Origin: Spirulina sp.
Lineage (GTDB): Bacteria; Cyanobacteriota; Cyanobacteriia; Phormidesmidales; Phormidesmidaceae
Direction: 5' to 3'
Length of the DNA: 64,000 bases
Assembly (NCBI GenBank): GCA_044070495.1
Contig: JBIPSI010000001.1
Coordinates: forward strand, 64,001 to 128,000
A program made the position numbers and the translations under genes. Positions within the stretch are counted from its first letter, which is position 1. Each line of letters begins with the position of its first letter. The notes below the pieces were generated by a model. It made no database searches. It was not told the DNA's origin and was given only the letters and a program-made list of their open reading frames with translations. Below, in pieces: positions 21,007 to 29,566 of this stretch.

Positions 21007-22791
21007 CTAGGACGGGCTGGCGGCGACCAACGGGGGGCCGAGGTTCTCTTCCGTGGGGATAGACGCTTCGGTGGAGGCTTGTCCTGGGGCAGAGGACTGG
21101 GATGGGGGAAGCTCGCATTGTCCGGCCTCCAGCATCAGGGCCTCCAGCATCAGGCCATACTCCAGCCCTTCGGTGACGGCCTGGTAGGAGGCTTCGATGA
21201 TGTTGGTGGATACGCCTAGGGTAGTCCAGCGCTGCTGGCCGTTGCTGGATTCCACCAGCACGCGGGTTTTGGCCTCGGTGCCTGCGCCGCTATCGATAAT
21301 CCGCACCTTGTAGTCCGACAGGTGGAACTGGGCGATGGCGGGGTAGAAGTTCAGCAGGGCTTTTCGTAGGGCGGCATCGAGGGCGGCGACGGGGCCATTG
21401 CCTTCGGCGGCGGTGAGGATGTCTTGGCCATTCACGGCGACTTTGATGGTGGCCATGGCTTGGCTGCTGTGGTCGGCCCCGTTGCCCTGGAGCTGGCAGT
21501 TGATGTAAAAGCCCCTGAGGTCGAAAAAGTGGGGGCGATCCCCTAGGGCTTCCCGCATCAGTAGCTCAAAGCTGGCCTCGGCGGCCTCGAACTGGTAGCC
21601 CTCGTGCTCTAGGGTCTTGAGGCGGGTCAGCAGTTGCCGCGAGGCGGGATCCTGGCGATCTAGGTTCAACCCAAAATTGCGAGCTTTGACCAGGACGTTG
21701 CTCAACCCCGATTGATCCGACACCACAATGCGGCGGCGGTTGCCTACGGTGGCCGGGTCGATGTGTTCGTAGGTTTTGGGTTCCTTCTCCACGGCGCTGA
21801 CGTGGATGCCGCCCTTGTGGGCAAAGGCAGATCGCCCGACGTAGGGGGCGTGGTCGTCGGGGGCCAGGTTTACCACTTCGCTGACAAAGCGGCTGGTTTC
21901 CGCCAGGGTTTCTAGCCTAGCCGGGGCAATGCAGGGGTAGCCCAACTTGATCTGTAGGTTGGGAATCAGCGTACAGAGATCGGCATTGCCGCAGCGTTCC
22001 CCATAGCCATTGATCGTACCCTGTACCATGGTGGCTCCGGCTTCCACCGCCGCCATGGCATTGGCCACCGCCACCCCGCCATCGTTGTGGGTGTGGATGC
22101 CGATCTGGGGCCGAGGCTCTGGGAAATCCTGGAGCCAAGCCTTCACCGTCGCTACAATCTGTCCCACCTCCCTAGGCAGGGTGCCGCCGTTGGTGTCGCA
22201 CAGCACCAGCCATTCCGCCCCGGCGTTGACCGCAGATGCTAAGGTTTGCAAGGCGTAGTCGGGGTTGGCCTGGTAGCCGTCGAACCAGTGTTCGGCGTCG
22301 TAGATTACCCGTCGCCCCTGGCTGCGGAAGTAGCGGATGGTGTCGTCAATCATGGCTAGGTTTTCGGCCAGGGTGGTTTTCAGCCCCACGGTGACATGCA
22401 AATCCCAGGACTTGCCAAACAGCGTGATCCACGTTGTCCCCGCCGCCAACACAGGCAGAAGTAGGGTGTCTTCCGCCGCCACCTTCCCCGGTCGGCGGGT
22501 GGAGCAAAAGGCCGTCACCTGGGCCTGGGTAAGGGGGTTGTCCTGGATCTGCGCGAAAAATTGCCCATCCTTGGGGTTAGCACCCGGCCAGCCGCCCTCA
22601 ATAAACGGCACCCCTAGGGCATCCAATTTGCGGGCAATGCGCAGCTTGTCTTCGGTGGAAAGGGCCAACCCCTCCCGCTGGGCACCGTCCCGCAGGGTTG
22701 TGTCGTAGATGGCAATAGCGGCCTGGCCCTGGCCGATCCCGCCGTTATTGGTAACCTGGTTATCTTGAAACTCGTCGTTGTGTTGCACCAT
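21007..22791 (-). CDS. cimA: Citramalate synthase
   Basis: YDTTLRDGAQ, EGGWPGANPKD, GKSWDLHV, AFAHKGGIH and LeuA-type regulatory domain; start chosen downstream of the REP at 22811. Confidence 0.9.
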   Translation of the reverse strand: MVQHNDEFQDNQVTNNGGIGQGQAAIAIYDTTLRDGAQREGLALSTEDKLRIARKLDALGVPFIEGGWPGANPKDGQFFAQIQDNPLTQAQVTAFCSTRRPGKVAAEDTLLLPVLAAGTTWITLFGKSWDLHVTVGLKTTLAENLAMIDDTIRYFRSQGRRVIYDAEHWFDGYQANPDYALQTLASAVNAGAEWLVLCDTNGGTLPREVGQIVATVKAWLQDFPEPRPQIGIHTHNDGGVAVANAMAAVEAGATMVQGTINGYGERCGNADLCTLIPNLQIKLGYPCIAPARLETLAETSRFVSEVVNLAPDDHAPYVGRSAFAHKGGIHVSAVEKEPKTYEHIDPATVGNRRRIVVSDQSGLSNVLVKARNFGLNLDRQDPASRQLLTRLKTLEHEGYQFEAAEASFELLMREALGDRPHFFDLRGFYINCQLQGNGADHSSQAMATIKVAVNGQDILTAAEGNGPVAALDAALRKALLNFYPAIAQFHLSDYKVRIIDSGAGTEAKTRVLVESSNGQQRWTTLGVSTNIIEASYQAVTEGLEYGLMLEALMLEAGQCELPPSQSSAPGQASTEASIPTEENLGPPLVAASPS

Positions 22792-22810
22792 CGCGCTATT
22801 CCCCGCCACC

Positions 22811-22831
22811 GTAGGGTGGGCACCGCCCACC
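22811..22831. repeat. GTAG-type REP singlet
   Basis: GTAGGGTGGGCACCGCCCACC palindromic hairpin. Confidence 0.65.
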
Positions 22832-22978
22832 ATTGCCATCCTCAGCTTAGCTAGCCTACCCCAGTCCCTTGAGTTCCTAGGGGCTGTGCGTTATAAAACG
22901 TAGATTTTTGGGCAGCTTTTGGTCTAGCCCCGTTCCCATCGGCCACCCATAATGGGAACCGTTCCCTGCGATGCGGCC

Positions 22979-23893
22979 ATGAAAGATAATTCCCAAAATC
23001 AAATGAAGCTCTCGCAGTTGCGGGTTTTGGTGGCGGTGGCCGATCACAGCACCTTCAGTGAAGCCGCTCTCCACCTCGATATGTCTCAATCGGCGGTGAG
23101 CCACAGCATTGCCGCCTTTGAGGACTACTTGGGCGTGGTGCTGGTGTCGCGGGGCCGCCATGGAGCTAGGCTAACCCCGGTGGGAGATCGCATTGTCCAC
23201 CATGCGCGTCAAATGCTGGCCGAGGCCGAGGCCATTGTGGAGGCAGCGGAGGAAATTAAGGGACTCAAGGGGGGGCAGGTGCGGGTAGCCTCCTTTCGCA
23301 GCGTGGCCATTCACCTGCTGCCCGATGCCATTGCCCAGTTCAACCATCGCTATCCCGGCATCGCCGTCAACCTCAGTGAGCACGATGACTATCGCCAGGT
23401 GGAAAAGGCGCTGCGGGAGGGCCGCGCCGACATTGGCCTGACGGTGCTGCCCGCCGCCGAGGATTTGGATACCTGGATAATTCTAGAAAATGAGTATGTT
23501 GCCCTAATGCCGCCCCAATTTAAACCAGCGGCAGACCACATCACCTGGGCCGAACTAGCCCAACAACCCATGATTATGCCCCCGGTGGATCGGGTGATGA
23601 TGCGGGATGTCTACGCCCATATCCAGGCCCATGGCCACCCCCTCAACGTGGTGTCTGAGGTAGAGACGGACACCACCATTGTCAACCTGGTCGCCCAGGG
23701 TATGGGGGCCACCATTTTGCCCCGCCTCGCCGCCGAGCCGATCCCGTCCAAGGTGCAGGTGTTTTCGCTACCCAAGCCCCTGTCCCGGGTGATTGGGGCG
23801 GCAGTCTTGGCGGACGGACTGCATACCCCCGCCATCTACGGATTTTTAGATGTCCTCAAAACCCTGATCCAGGCGACGCCCACCCCATCTTGA
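22979..23893 (+). CDS. LysR family transcriptional regulator
   Basis: HTH (FSEAALHLDMSQSAVSHSI) plus substrate-binding domain. Confidence 0.93.
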   Translation: MKDNSQNQMKLSQLRVLVAVADHSTFSEAALHLDMSQSAVSHSIAAFEDYLGVVLVSRGRHGARLTPVGDRIVHHARQMLAEAEAIVEAAEEIKGLKGGQVRVASFRSVAIHLLPDAIAQFNHRYPGIAVNLSEHDDYRQVEKALREGRADIGLTVLPAAEDLDTWIILENEYVALMPPQFKPAADHITWAELAQQPMIMPPVDRVMMRDVYAHIQAHGHPLNVVSEVETDTTIVNLVAQGMGATILPRLAAEPIPSKVQVFSLPKPLSRVIGAAVLADGLHTPAIYGFLDVLKTLIQATPTPS

Positions 23894-24114
23894 TGCCGTG
23901 TGTCCCCATCAAGACACCCTATTCAGAACCTCGCATTGCAGACCGTCGCGCCATCCCCCGATCCATCTGCCGACCATCGCCCAAACCCTGAAGTTTTCCT
24001 AAGCGCAGGCCTTCTCACCAGGCTTTGCCCGTAAGTTGGAAAAGAGATCGCCAGATTGAAGGTAGCTGTAGCCAGCTTAATTAATGGCATCCACATTGTT
24101 TCAAACCGATAGCC

Positions 24115-24444
24115 ATGGATCAGGTGTTACAGGGATTTTTTGTTGCGCTGGTGCAACTCATCCATTGGATTCGTCCCTTTTTAGTGCCCCTGTGTTTTGT
24201 GATCGCCTGGGGGCTGGTGGCGATGACGGTGTGGCAACTGATTGCCGTGACTCGCGACGGGATGCAGCGAGCTAGGCGGATGCACCAAATTCCCTGTGCC
24301 GACTGTCGTTATTTCACCAACAGTCCTTTTCTGAAGTGCCCTCTCCACCCCCAAACGGCTCTCTCGGAGGCGGCTATCGGCTGCGACGACTACGAAACTA
24401 ACGACCCCATGGCCCAGGGCTTTACGTCCCCCAGTCAGGACTAA
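24115..24444 (+). CDS. Conserved cyanobacterial membrane protein with Cys motif
   Basis: TM segment then MHQIPCADCRYFT...LKC..HP....AIGCDD. Confidence 0.75.
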   Translation: MDQVLQGFFVALVQLIHWIRPFLVPLCFVIAWGLVAMTVWQLIAVTRDGMQRARRMHQIPCADCRYFTNSPFLKCPLHPQTALSEAAIGCDDYETNDPMAQGFTSPSQD

Positions 24445-24488
24445 TGGCCCTGGCTGACTGACACAATGTCGAAAAGCCCTCATCTCTC

Positions 24489-24573
24489 GTAGGTTGGGTG
24501 GCGCGATAACAGAACCCAACAAGCCCAAAGTCCTCGGCGAGTGTTGGGTTACGCTTCGCTGAACCCAACCTAC
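24489..24573. repeat. REPIN-like doublet (copy 1)
   Basis: GTAGGTTGGG...CCCAAC...GTTGGG...CCCAACCTAC; reverse-complement homologue at 51349-51433. Confidence 0.85.
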
Positions 24574-24607
24574 TTTGGAGATGTGTTAGGCCATCAGCTA
24601 GTAGTCT

Positions 24608-25108
24608 CTAATCCGTGGGTAAGTCTGCATCGGGGAGGGTAAGGTAGATCAGCACGAAGCCTACGCAGCCAATGAACTTAAAGGCGGCGGGTTGGCCATT
24701 CCAATCGACAGATTGCCACATGGCGTACCACTCGCCCCCGATCACCATGAAGCCCACAAACCACAACAAAAAGGCAAGGGTTAGCCCATAGGTGGCGGTG
24801 TTCTTGGCACGGTTAAAGGCGTCGCCCGGTGACTGGAGAGCCTGTAGTAGCTGCCCCGCCCCCACCAGGCAAAGTAGGGCAATGGTGGCCTCGGTGGCAA
24901 TGATGAGGAGGTAGGCGGCGTGCTGCAAGGCCGGGGTGCGAATGGCCCGCCAGGTGAGGGTGCTGTCGGGGAAAATGGTGTCCATCGACAGCACATGGTA
25001 CACGTACTGGAAATTGGTGTTGTAGTCCGTGGTGTTGTTGAGCACGATAATGGAGGCCAACAACCCAACGGCGGCCACCAGGGCAATTTTTGAAAGCCGC
25101 ACAGCCAT
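24608..25108 (-). CDS. DUF2165-like integral membrane protein
   Basis: NTTDYNTNFQYVYHVLSMDT and GGEWYAMWQS motifs. Confidence 0.85.
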   Translation of the reverse strand: MAVRLSKIALVAAVGLLASIIVLNNTTDYNTNFQYVYHVLSMDTIFPDSTLTWRAIRTPALQHAAYLLIIATEATIALLCLVGAGQLLQALQSPGDAFNRAKNTATYGLTLAFLLWFVGFMVIGGEWYAMWQSVDWNGQPAAFKFIGCVGFVLIYLTLPDADLPTD

Positions 25109-25135
25109 AGATTCCCTCCTTTTGATCTACGAATC

Positions 25136-25948
25136 CTATGCAGTGGCGAGGATGGTGCGGTGGTTGATATCAAACTGATCGCCGTGGGAGAGCAAATGCA
25201 CCTTGAGCCCGTGGAGACTGATGGGGTCGGTGGGGGCGATGTCGGGTTCGTTGGTGTGGGTGATGGCATCGGCGTCTACCACCGCGATTACCCCTTTGCC
25301 GATGACGCGAAAACTGCCGTCCCGCTCGAATAGGGCGCAGGTGTCTTCGTCAATGCCGAGGCCCAGGCGGTCGGGCTGCATGGCAATGGCGCTCATCAGG
25401 CGGGCCATGCGGTTGCGGTTGTGGAAGTGCTGATCCACAATCACCTCCGGCACAAACCCTAGGCCAATGGCCATATCCACCAGGGCGCGATTGGGGGATT
25501 CGCCGCTGCCGCCCCCGGCAATCATGTGGTGACCCATCACCGCCGCTCCGGCACTGGTGCCGCCCAGGGTCATTTCCCCCAGTTGGGCGCGTTGCCGAAC
25601 CAGGTCAATCAGCGGTGTATCCGACAGCAGCCCGCACAGGCGCACCTGATCGCCCCCGGTAATAAAGACTCCGGTGCAAGACTCCACCACCGATTTCCAG
25701 GCGGGGTCTTCCCCCTGGCTGCGGTCGCGGATATCCATCACCTCAATGGCGGCGGCTCCCATGTCCCCAAAAATGGTTTGGTAGCGTCCGGCAATGGCAA
25801 CGGGATCCCGCGAGGCGCAAGGGATAATCCCAATGCGGGCCTCGGAGCCTCCGGCTCGCTCAAAAAAACTGTGCAGAATTTCCTTACCGTGGACTTTATC
25901 TTCTGCACCGCCAATGGCCAGAATGGCATGTTGCTTTACAAAGGACAT
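25136..25948 (-). CDS. cphB: Cyanophycinase
   Basis: IGGAEDK, GGDQ, GTSAGA, DQHFHNRNRMARL, GIDEDT motifs. Confidence 0.95.
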   Translation of the reverse strand: MSFVKQHAILAIGGAEDKVHGKEILHSFFERAGGSEARIGIIPCASRDPVAIAGRYQTIFGDMGAAAIEVMDIRDRSQGEDPAWKSVVESCTGVFITGGDQVRLCGLLSDTPLIDLVRQRAQLGEMTLGGTSAGAAVMGHHMIAGGGSGESPNRALVDMAIGLGFVPEVIVDQHFHNRNRMARLMSAIAMQPDRLGLGIDEDTCALFERDGSFRVIGKGVIAVVDADAITHTNEPDIAPTDPISLHGLKVHLLSHGDQFDINHRTILATA

Positions 25949-26052
25949 GGATACTCAACCAAGGAACTTGAAATTGCCGCCGGAACTCCGGTACTGCATG
26001 ATAGGGAACATTGCTGTTTAGCATCATGCCATTGCACGGGGAGAGTTAGGCG

Positions 26053-26796
26053 ATGACCGATACCATCGACGGGGCACCGCACCTGAGATTCGATGTGGTT
26101 AGCCTGTTTCCAGACTTTTTCACCTCGCCTCTGCAATCAGGATTAATTGGTAAAGCCCTGTCTCGCCAAATCGCAGAAGTTCATCTTACCAATCCCAGAG
26201 ACTTTACAACGGATAAACACCATCGGGTTGATGACGAACCCTACGGCGGCGGTGTGGGCATGGTAATGAAGCCCGACCCCATCTTTGCGGCGGTAGAATC
26301 CCTGCCTCAGTTACCTCGGCGGGAGGTGATCCTGCTGTCGCCCCAGGGGGAAACCATGACCCAGGGCTTGTTTCACCACTTGGCCACCCAGTGCGACCAG
26401 ATTGTCCTGATCTGCGGCCACTACGAAGGGGTAGACGAACGGGTGAGCCACCTGCTGACGCGGGAGGTTTCCCTGGGCGACTTCGTTCTCACCTGCGGCG
26501 AAATTCCGGCCCTGACGCTGATCAACGGCATTGTGCGGCTGCTCCCTGGCACCGTGGGTAAAGTGGATTCTGTGCGCCAAGACAGCTTTCAAACCCCGCT
26601 GCTCGATTATCCCCACTACACCCGTCCAGCGGAGTTCCGGGGCTGGGCGGTGCCTGATGTGCTGCGTTCCGGCAACCACGAAGCCATTGCCCAATGGCGA
26701 CATCAACAGCAAATCGAGCGCACCCAAACCCGTCGCCCCGACCTATACGAACGCTGGCTGCGGGAATCAGACGATCCCCCTAAATCCCCCTTATGA
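26053..26796 (+). CDS. trmD: tRNA (guanine-N1)-methyltransferase
   Basis: VDDEPYGGGVGM, CGHYEGVDER, SLGDFVLTCGE motifs. Confidence 0.97.
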   Translation: MTDTIDGAPHLRFDVVSLFPDFFTSPLQSGLIGKALSRQIAEVHLTNPRDFTTDKHHRVDDEPYGGGVGMVMKPDPIFAAVESLPQLPRREVILLSPQGETMTQGLFHHLATQCDQIVLICGHYEGVDERVSHLLTREVSLGDFVLTCGEIPALTLINGIVRLLPGTVGKVDSVRQDSFQTPLLDYPHYTRPAEFRGWAVPDVLRSGNHEAIAQWRHQQQIERTQTRRPDLYERWLRESDDPPKSPL

Positions 26797-26936
26797 AGGG
26801 GGACTTGGAAGCTGAACTCGCTGACAAGGACGATCCCCCTAAATCCCCCTTGTGAAGGGGGACTTGGAAGCTGAACTCGCTTAAAAAGGGGAACTTTGCA
26901 GCCAAATCCCCCTTTTTAAGGGGGGCAGGGGGGATC
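26773..26936. repeat. Short dispersed repeat of the GATCCCCCTAAATCCCCC family with a 59-bp internal tandem duplication
   Basis: GATCCCCCTAAATCCCCCTT..AAGGGGGACTT twice, ending ...GGGGGATC; supplies the trmD stop codon. Confidence 0.85.
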
Positions 26937-26938
26937 CC

Positions 26939-27568
26939 CTAGTTCGGTGGGGGAAACATCGCCCGATGTAGCCCCACCGTCCAACCAACGGCCAGCAACC
27001 ATCCTCCCACCACATCGCTGGGATAATGCACCCCCAGGTAGGAACGACTGAGGCCAATCAGCAGCGCCAGGGGAAGGGCGATGGCCACCACCCAACGACG
27101 GTAGGGACTGGCTTGGCTGAGCAGCACCACCGCCAGGGCAAAGGCCATGGAAAAGGTGGCGTGGCCACTGGGAAAGCTAGAGTCGGGAAGCATCTGAACC
27201 CCTTCCCACAACTGGGGTCTAGCCCGTTGCCACACCCCCTTAAGGCCCAGATTGAGCAGCAAAGCCCCCAGCATCGCCAGGACTAAAAAGGCGGATTGTC
27301 GTTGTTGCCCCCGATGCCATAGCCATGCTCCCAGCAGTAGGGTTCCCGGCAATGTGCCCCAGGTGGTGCCCAGGTTGGTGAACCACGACACGAAGCGATC
27401 TAAGTCCGGGGTGGCATAGCGATGAGCCGTCATCAACCAGCCCTGTTCTCCTAGGGTGATGGCTGGGAACTGGGCCACGGTCCAACCCAATCCCAGCAGC
27501 ATTCCTAGGGCTAGCCCCGGCCAGATTAACCTGCGTCCTAGGGCCATCCACTGCTTTTGATCCATCAC
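26939..27568 (-). CDS. PAP2 family phosphatase
   Basis: K...RARP, SFPSGHA, SRSYLGVHYPSDV motifs. Confidence 0.92.
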   Translation of the reverse strand: MMDQKQWMALGRRLIWPGLALGMLLGLGWTVAQFPAITLGEQGWLMTAHRYATPDLDRFVSWFTNLGTTWGTLPGTLLLGAWLWHRGQQRQSAFLVLAMLGALLLNLGLKGVWQRARPQLWEGVQMLPDSSFPSGHATFSMAFALAVVLLSQASPYRRWVVAIALPLALLIGLSRSYLGVHYPSDVVGGWLLAVGWTVGLHRAMFPPPN

Positions 27569-27717
27569 GCCAGCGCCCCTTTCCTCCGCAAAATCCCCGA
27601 ATCCTCGGCCATTGTAACCAAAATGTTAAGGAACCTATATTGAGGACGCGGCTCGATTGGGAACCTCTCTAGAAGGTCGCAGCGTATCTACGTCAGCGAT
27701 GGGTCAGGCAATCAGGA

Positions 27718-28623
27718 TTATGGGACTTGGGTTTGGTAGAGTTGGCTAGCCAGCGTTAAGAGGGTCTCTCGATCCGTCACCCGATCTCGCCAAGATTGGG
27801 GAATGCCGCTGAGGCCATAGTAGGCTCCGGCCAGTTGGCCACAGATGGCGGCGGTGGTGTCGGCGTCGTCCCCCAGATTGACGGCGGCGAGGATGGCCTC
27901 GGCGTAGGTTGTCGTTCTCCAAAAGCACCAGAGGGCAGCCGTGAGGCTTTCCACCACATAGCCACTGCCGCGAATTTGGTGGATATCCAGGTTTTGATAC
28001 TGGCCCGCCGCGATAGTTTGGAGGGTGTCCGTTTCCAAACCCAGATCGTCGTGGTTTGTCAGGATTTCTTCTCGATCAGCCCCGGCCAAGGCTCGCGCCA
28101 GCATCGTCCCGAATAGCCGACTGGCCTCAATACATTCCTGGGCGGCGTGGGTGGTGCGAGAGCTTTCCCCCGAAAACCACACCACTTTGGCGACATCGGG
28201 ATAGTAGAACATCGGCACCGGGGCCAGCCGCATCAAACAGCCATTGCCCGCCGACCGAGGATCGGTAGAGCCGCTGAAGGGTTCCCCCGTTTGCCGAAAC
28301 TGGCCCAAGGCTTGGCTGACGGTGTTGCCAATGTCAAAACAACGGCCCGTGCTGCTGAGGTAGCCCTCCTCCGCCCAGCGACCATAGCGCTGCATTTGAT
28401 CTAAGGGGTCAAAGCCGTCGCACTCCACCAGGCTCGTGGCCAAACACAGCGCCATGGAGGTGTCGTCCGTCCACTGGCCCGGTTCTAGGCCAAAGGGGCC
28501 ACCACCCACCATATCGGTCACGGGCGGAAAGCTGCCCCTGGGCCGAAATTCTACGGTGGTGCCCACGGCATCTCCCACCGCCAAACCGAGCAAGCAGCCT
28601 TGAAAGCGTTCTAGGGTTTCCAT
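27718..28623 (-). CDS. ADP-ribosylglycohydrolase family protein
   Basis: GLAVGDAVG, WTDDT, GNGCLMR, GDDADT motifs. Confidence 0.93.
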   Translation of the reverse strand: METLERFQGCLLGLAVGDAVGTTVEFRPRGSFPPVTDMVGGGPFGLEPGQWTDDTSMALCLATSLVECDGFDPLDQMQRYGRWAEEGYLSSTGRCFDIGNTVSQALGQFRQTGEPFSGSTDPRSAGNGCLMRLAPVPMFYYPDVAKVVWFSGESSRTTHAAQECIEASRLFGTMLARALAGADREEILTNHDDLGLETDTLQTIAAGQYQNLDIHQIRGSGYVVESLTAALWCFWRTTTYAEAILAAVNLGDDADTTAAICGQLAGAYYGLSGIPQSWRDRVTDRETLLTLASQLYQTQVP

Positions 28624-28650
28624 GGGGGGTCTCTTTGTCAGTTCTGGTCT

Positions 28651-28826
28651 GGGGTGGTTGAAGGTGGGGTGGTTGAAGGTGGGGTGGTTGAAGGTGGGGT
28701 GGTTGAAGGTGGGGTGGTTAAAGGTGGGGTGGTTGAAGGTGGGGTGGTTGAAGGTGGGGTGGTTGAAGGTGGGGTGGTTGAAGGTGGGGTGGTTAAAGGT
28801 GGGGTGGTTAAAGGTGGGGTGGTTGA
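28651..28826. repeat. 15-bp G-rich tandem repeat GGGGTGGTT(G/A)AAGGT x about 11.7
   Basis: Seen directly; three units carry the A variant. Confidence 0.97.
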
Positions 28827-28897
28827 GTTGCTAGGTGAGTTAAGGATCCAGTGTCTTCGAGCATATTGGCGTTCTCTGGATGGGCAGAACGTCGTGG

Positions 28898-29365
28898 CTA
28901 TTGGGCCTGTTGCCAGCCCGCGTAGCTGGGGGGGAAGCCCTCGACATTGTCATAGCCCAAAAGTCTGAGGGCCATCACCCCGATACCTGTGCGGTAGCCG
29001 GTTGAACAGTAGAGCATGACGGGTTGGTCGTGGGGCACCTGATCGAGATGTTGAGCCAGCCCTCGGAGGGGAAGGTTGATGGCCCCTGGGATGTGGCCGC
29101 TCCGATATTCAGAAGGCTCTCTCACATCGATAAAGAGCGTCTTGCCCTCGGCCACTTTGGCCTGAATCTTGGCTACATCCCGAACGCCGTAGAAGCCAGG
29201 AGGGATGTGCTGGAGAAAGTCATCCACCGCCATCTGAGGGGGCAAGGGACTGCTTTCAACCAAGGGGGCGGCCAGGGCTGGAGGACTGAGGATGACAACA
29301 CACCCCAGACATAGGACAACCAACAGCCATCGCTGGAGGAACTGAAAACAGCGAGACCACAGCAT
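28898..29365 (-). CDS. Rhodanese-like domain protein with signal peptide
   Basis: IDVREPSEYRSGHIPGA, YCSTGYR motifs. Confidence 0.88.
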   Translation of the reverse strand: MLWSRCFQFLQRWLLVVLCLGCVVILSPPALAAPLVESSPLPPQMAVDDFLQHIPPGFYGVRDVAKIQAKVAEGKTLFIDVREPSEYRSGHIPGAINLPLRGLAQHLDQVPHDQPVMLYCSTGYRTGIGVMALRLLGYDNVEGFPPSYAGWQQAQ

Positions 29366-29566
29366 AGGCACTCACAGCGCAACATCCCTATCCTGCCCTC
29401 ATCCCCAGGCCATGACCAGGATTTTCTACAAAGGTTTACGGCCTAGGGCAGGGGTTGGGTCTCGCGATTTGGATCATGTAGGGGGCAGATCGCCTGACAT
29501 TTGGGCGGATTTGGATGCTTGCAGGTTTTGTCCGTCAACCAGGGGCGTGGTGGCAGTCTATTACCT

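Noticed and set aside
26773..26880. 59-bp direct repeats as a mini-CRISPR
   Set aside because: The whole unit is duplicated with no distinct spacers, and it belongs to a dispersed repeat family seen elsewhere in the window
28622..28968. ORFs with KVGWL or VEGGV pentapeptide repeats
   Set aside because: They are translations of the 15-bp tandem repeat, antisense to flanking genes, with no other coding evidence
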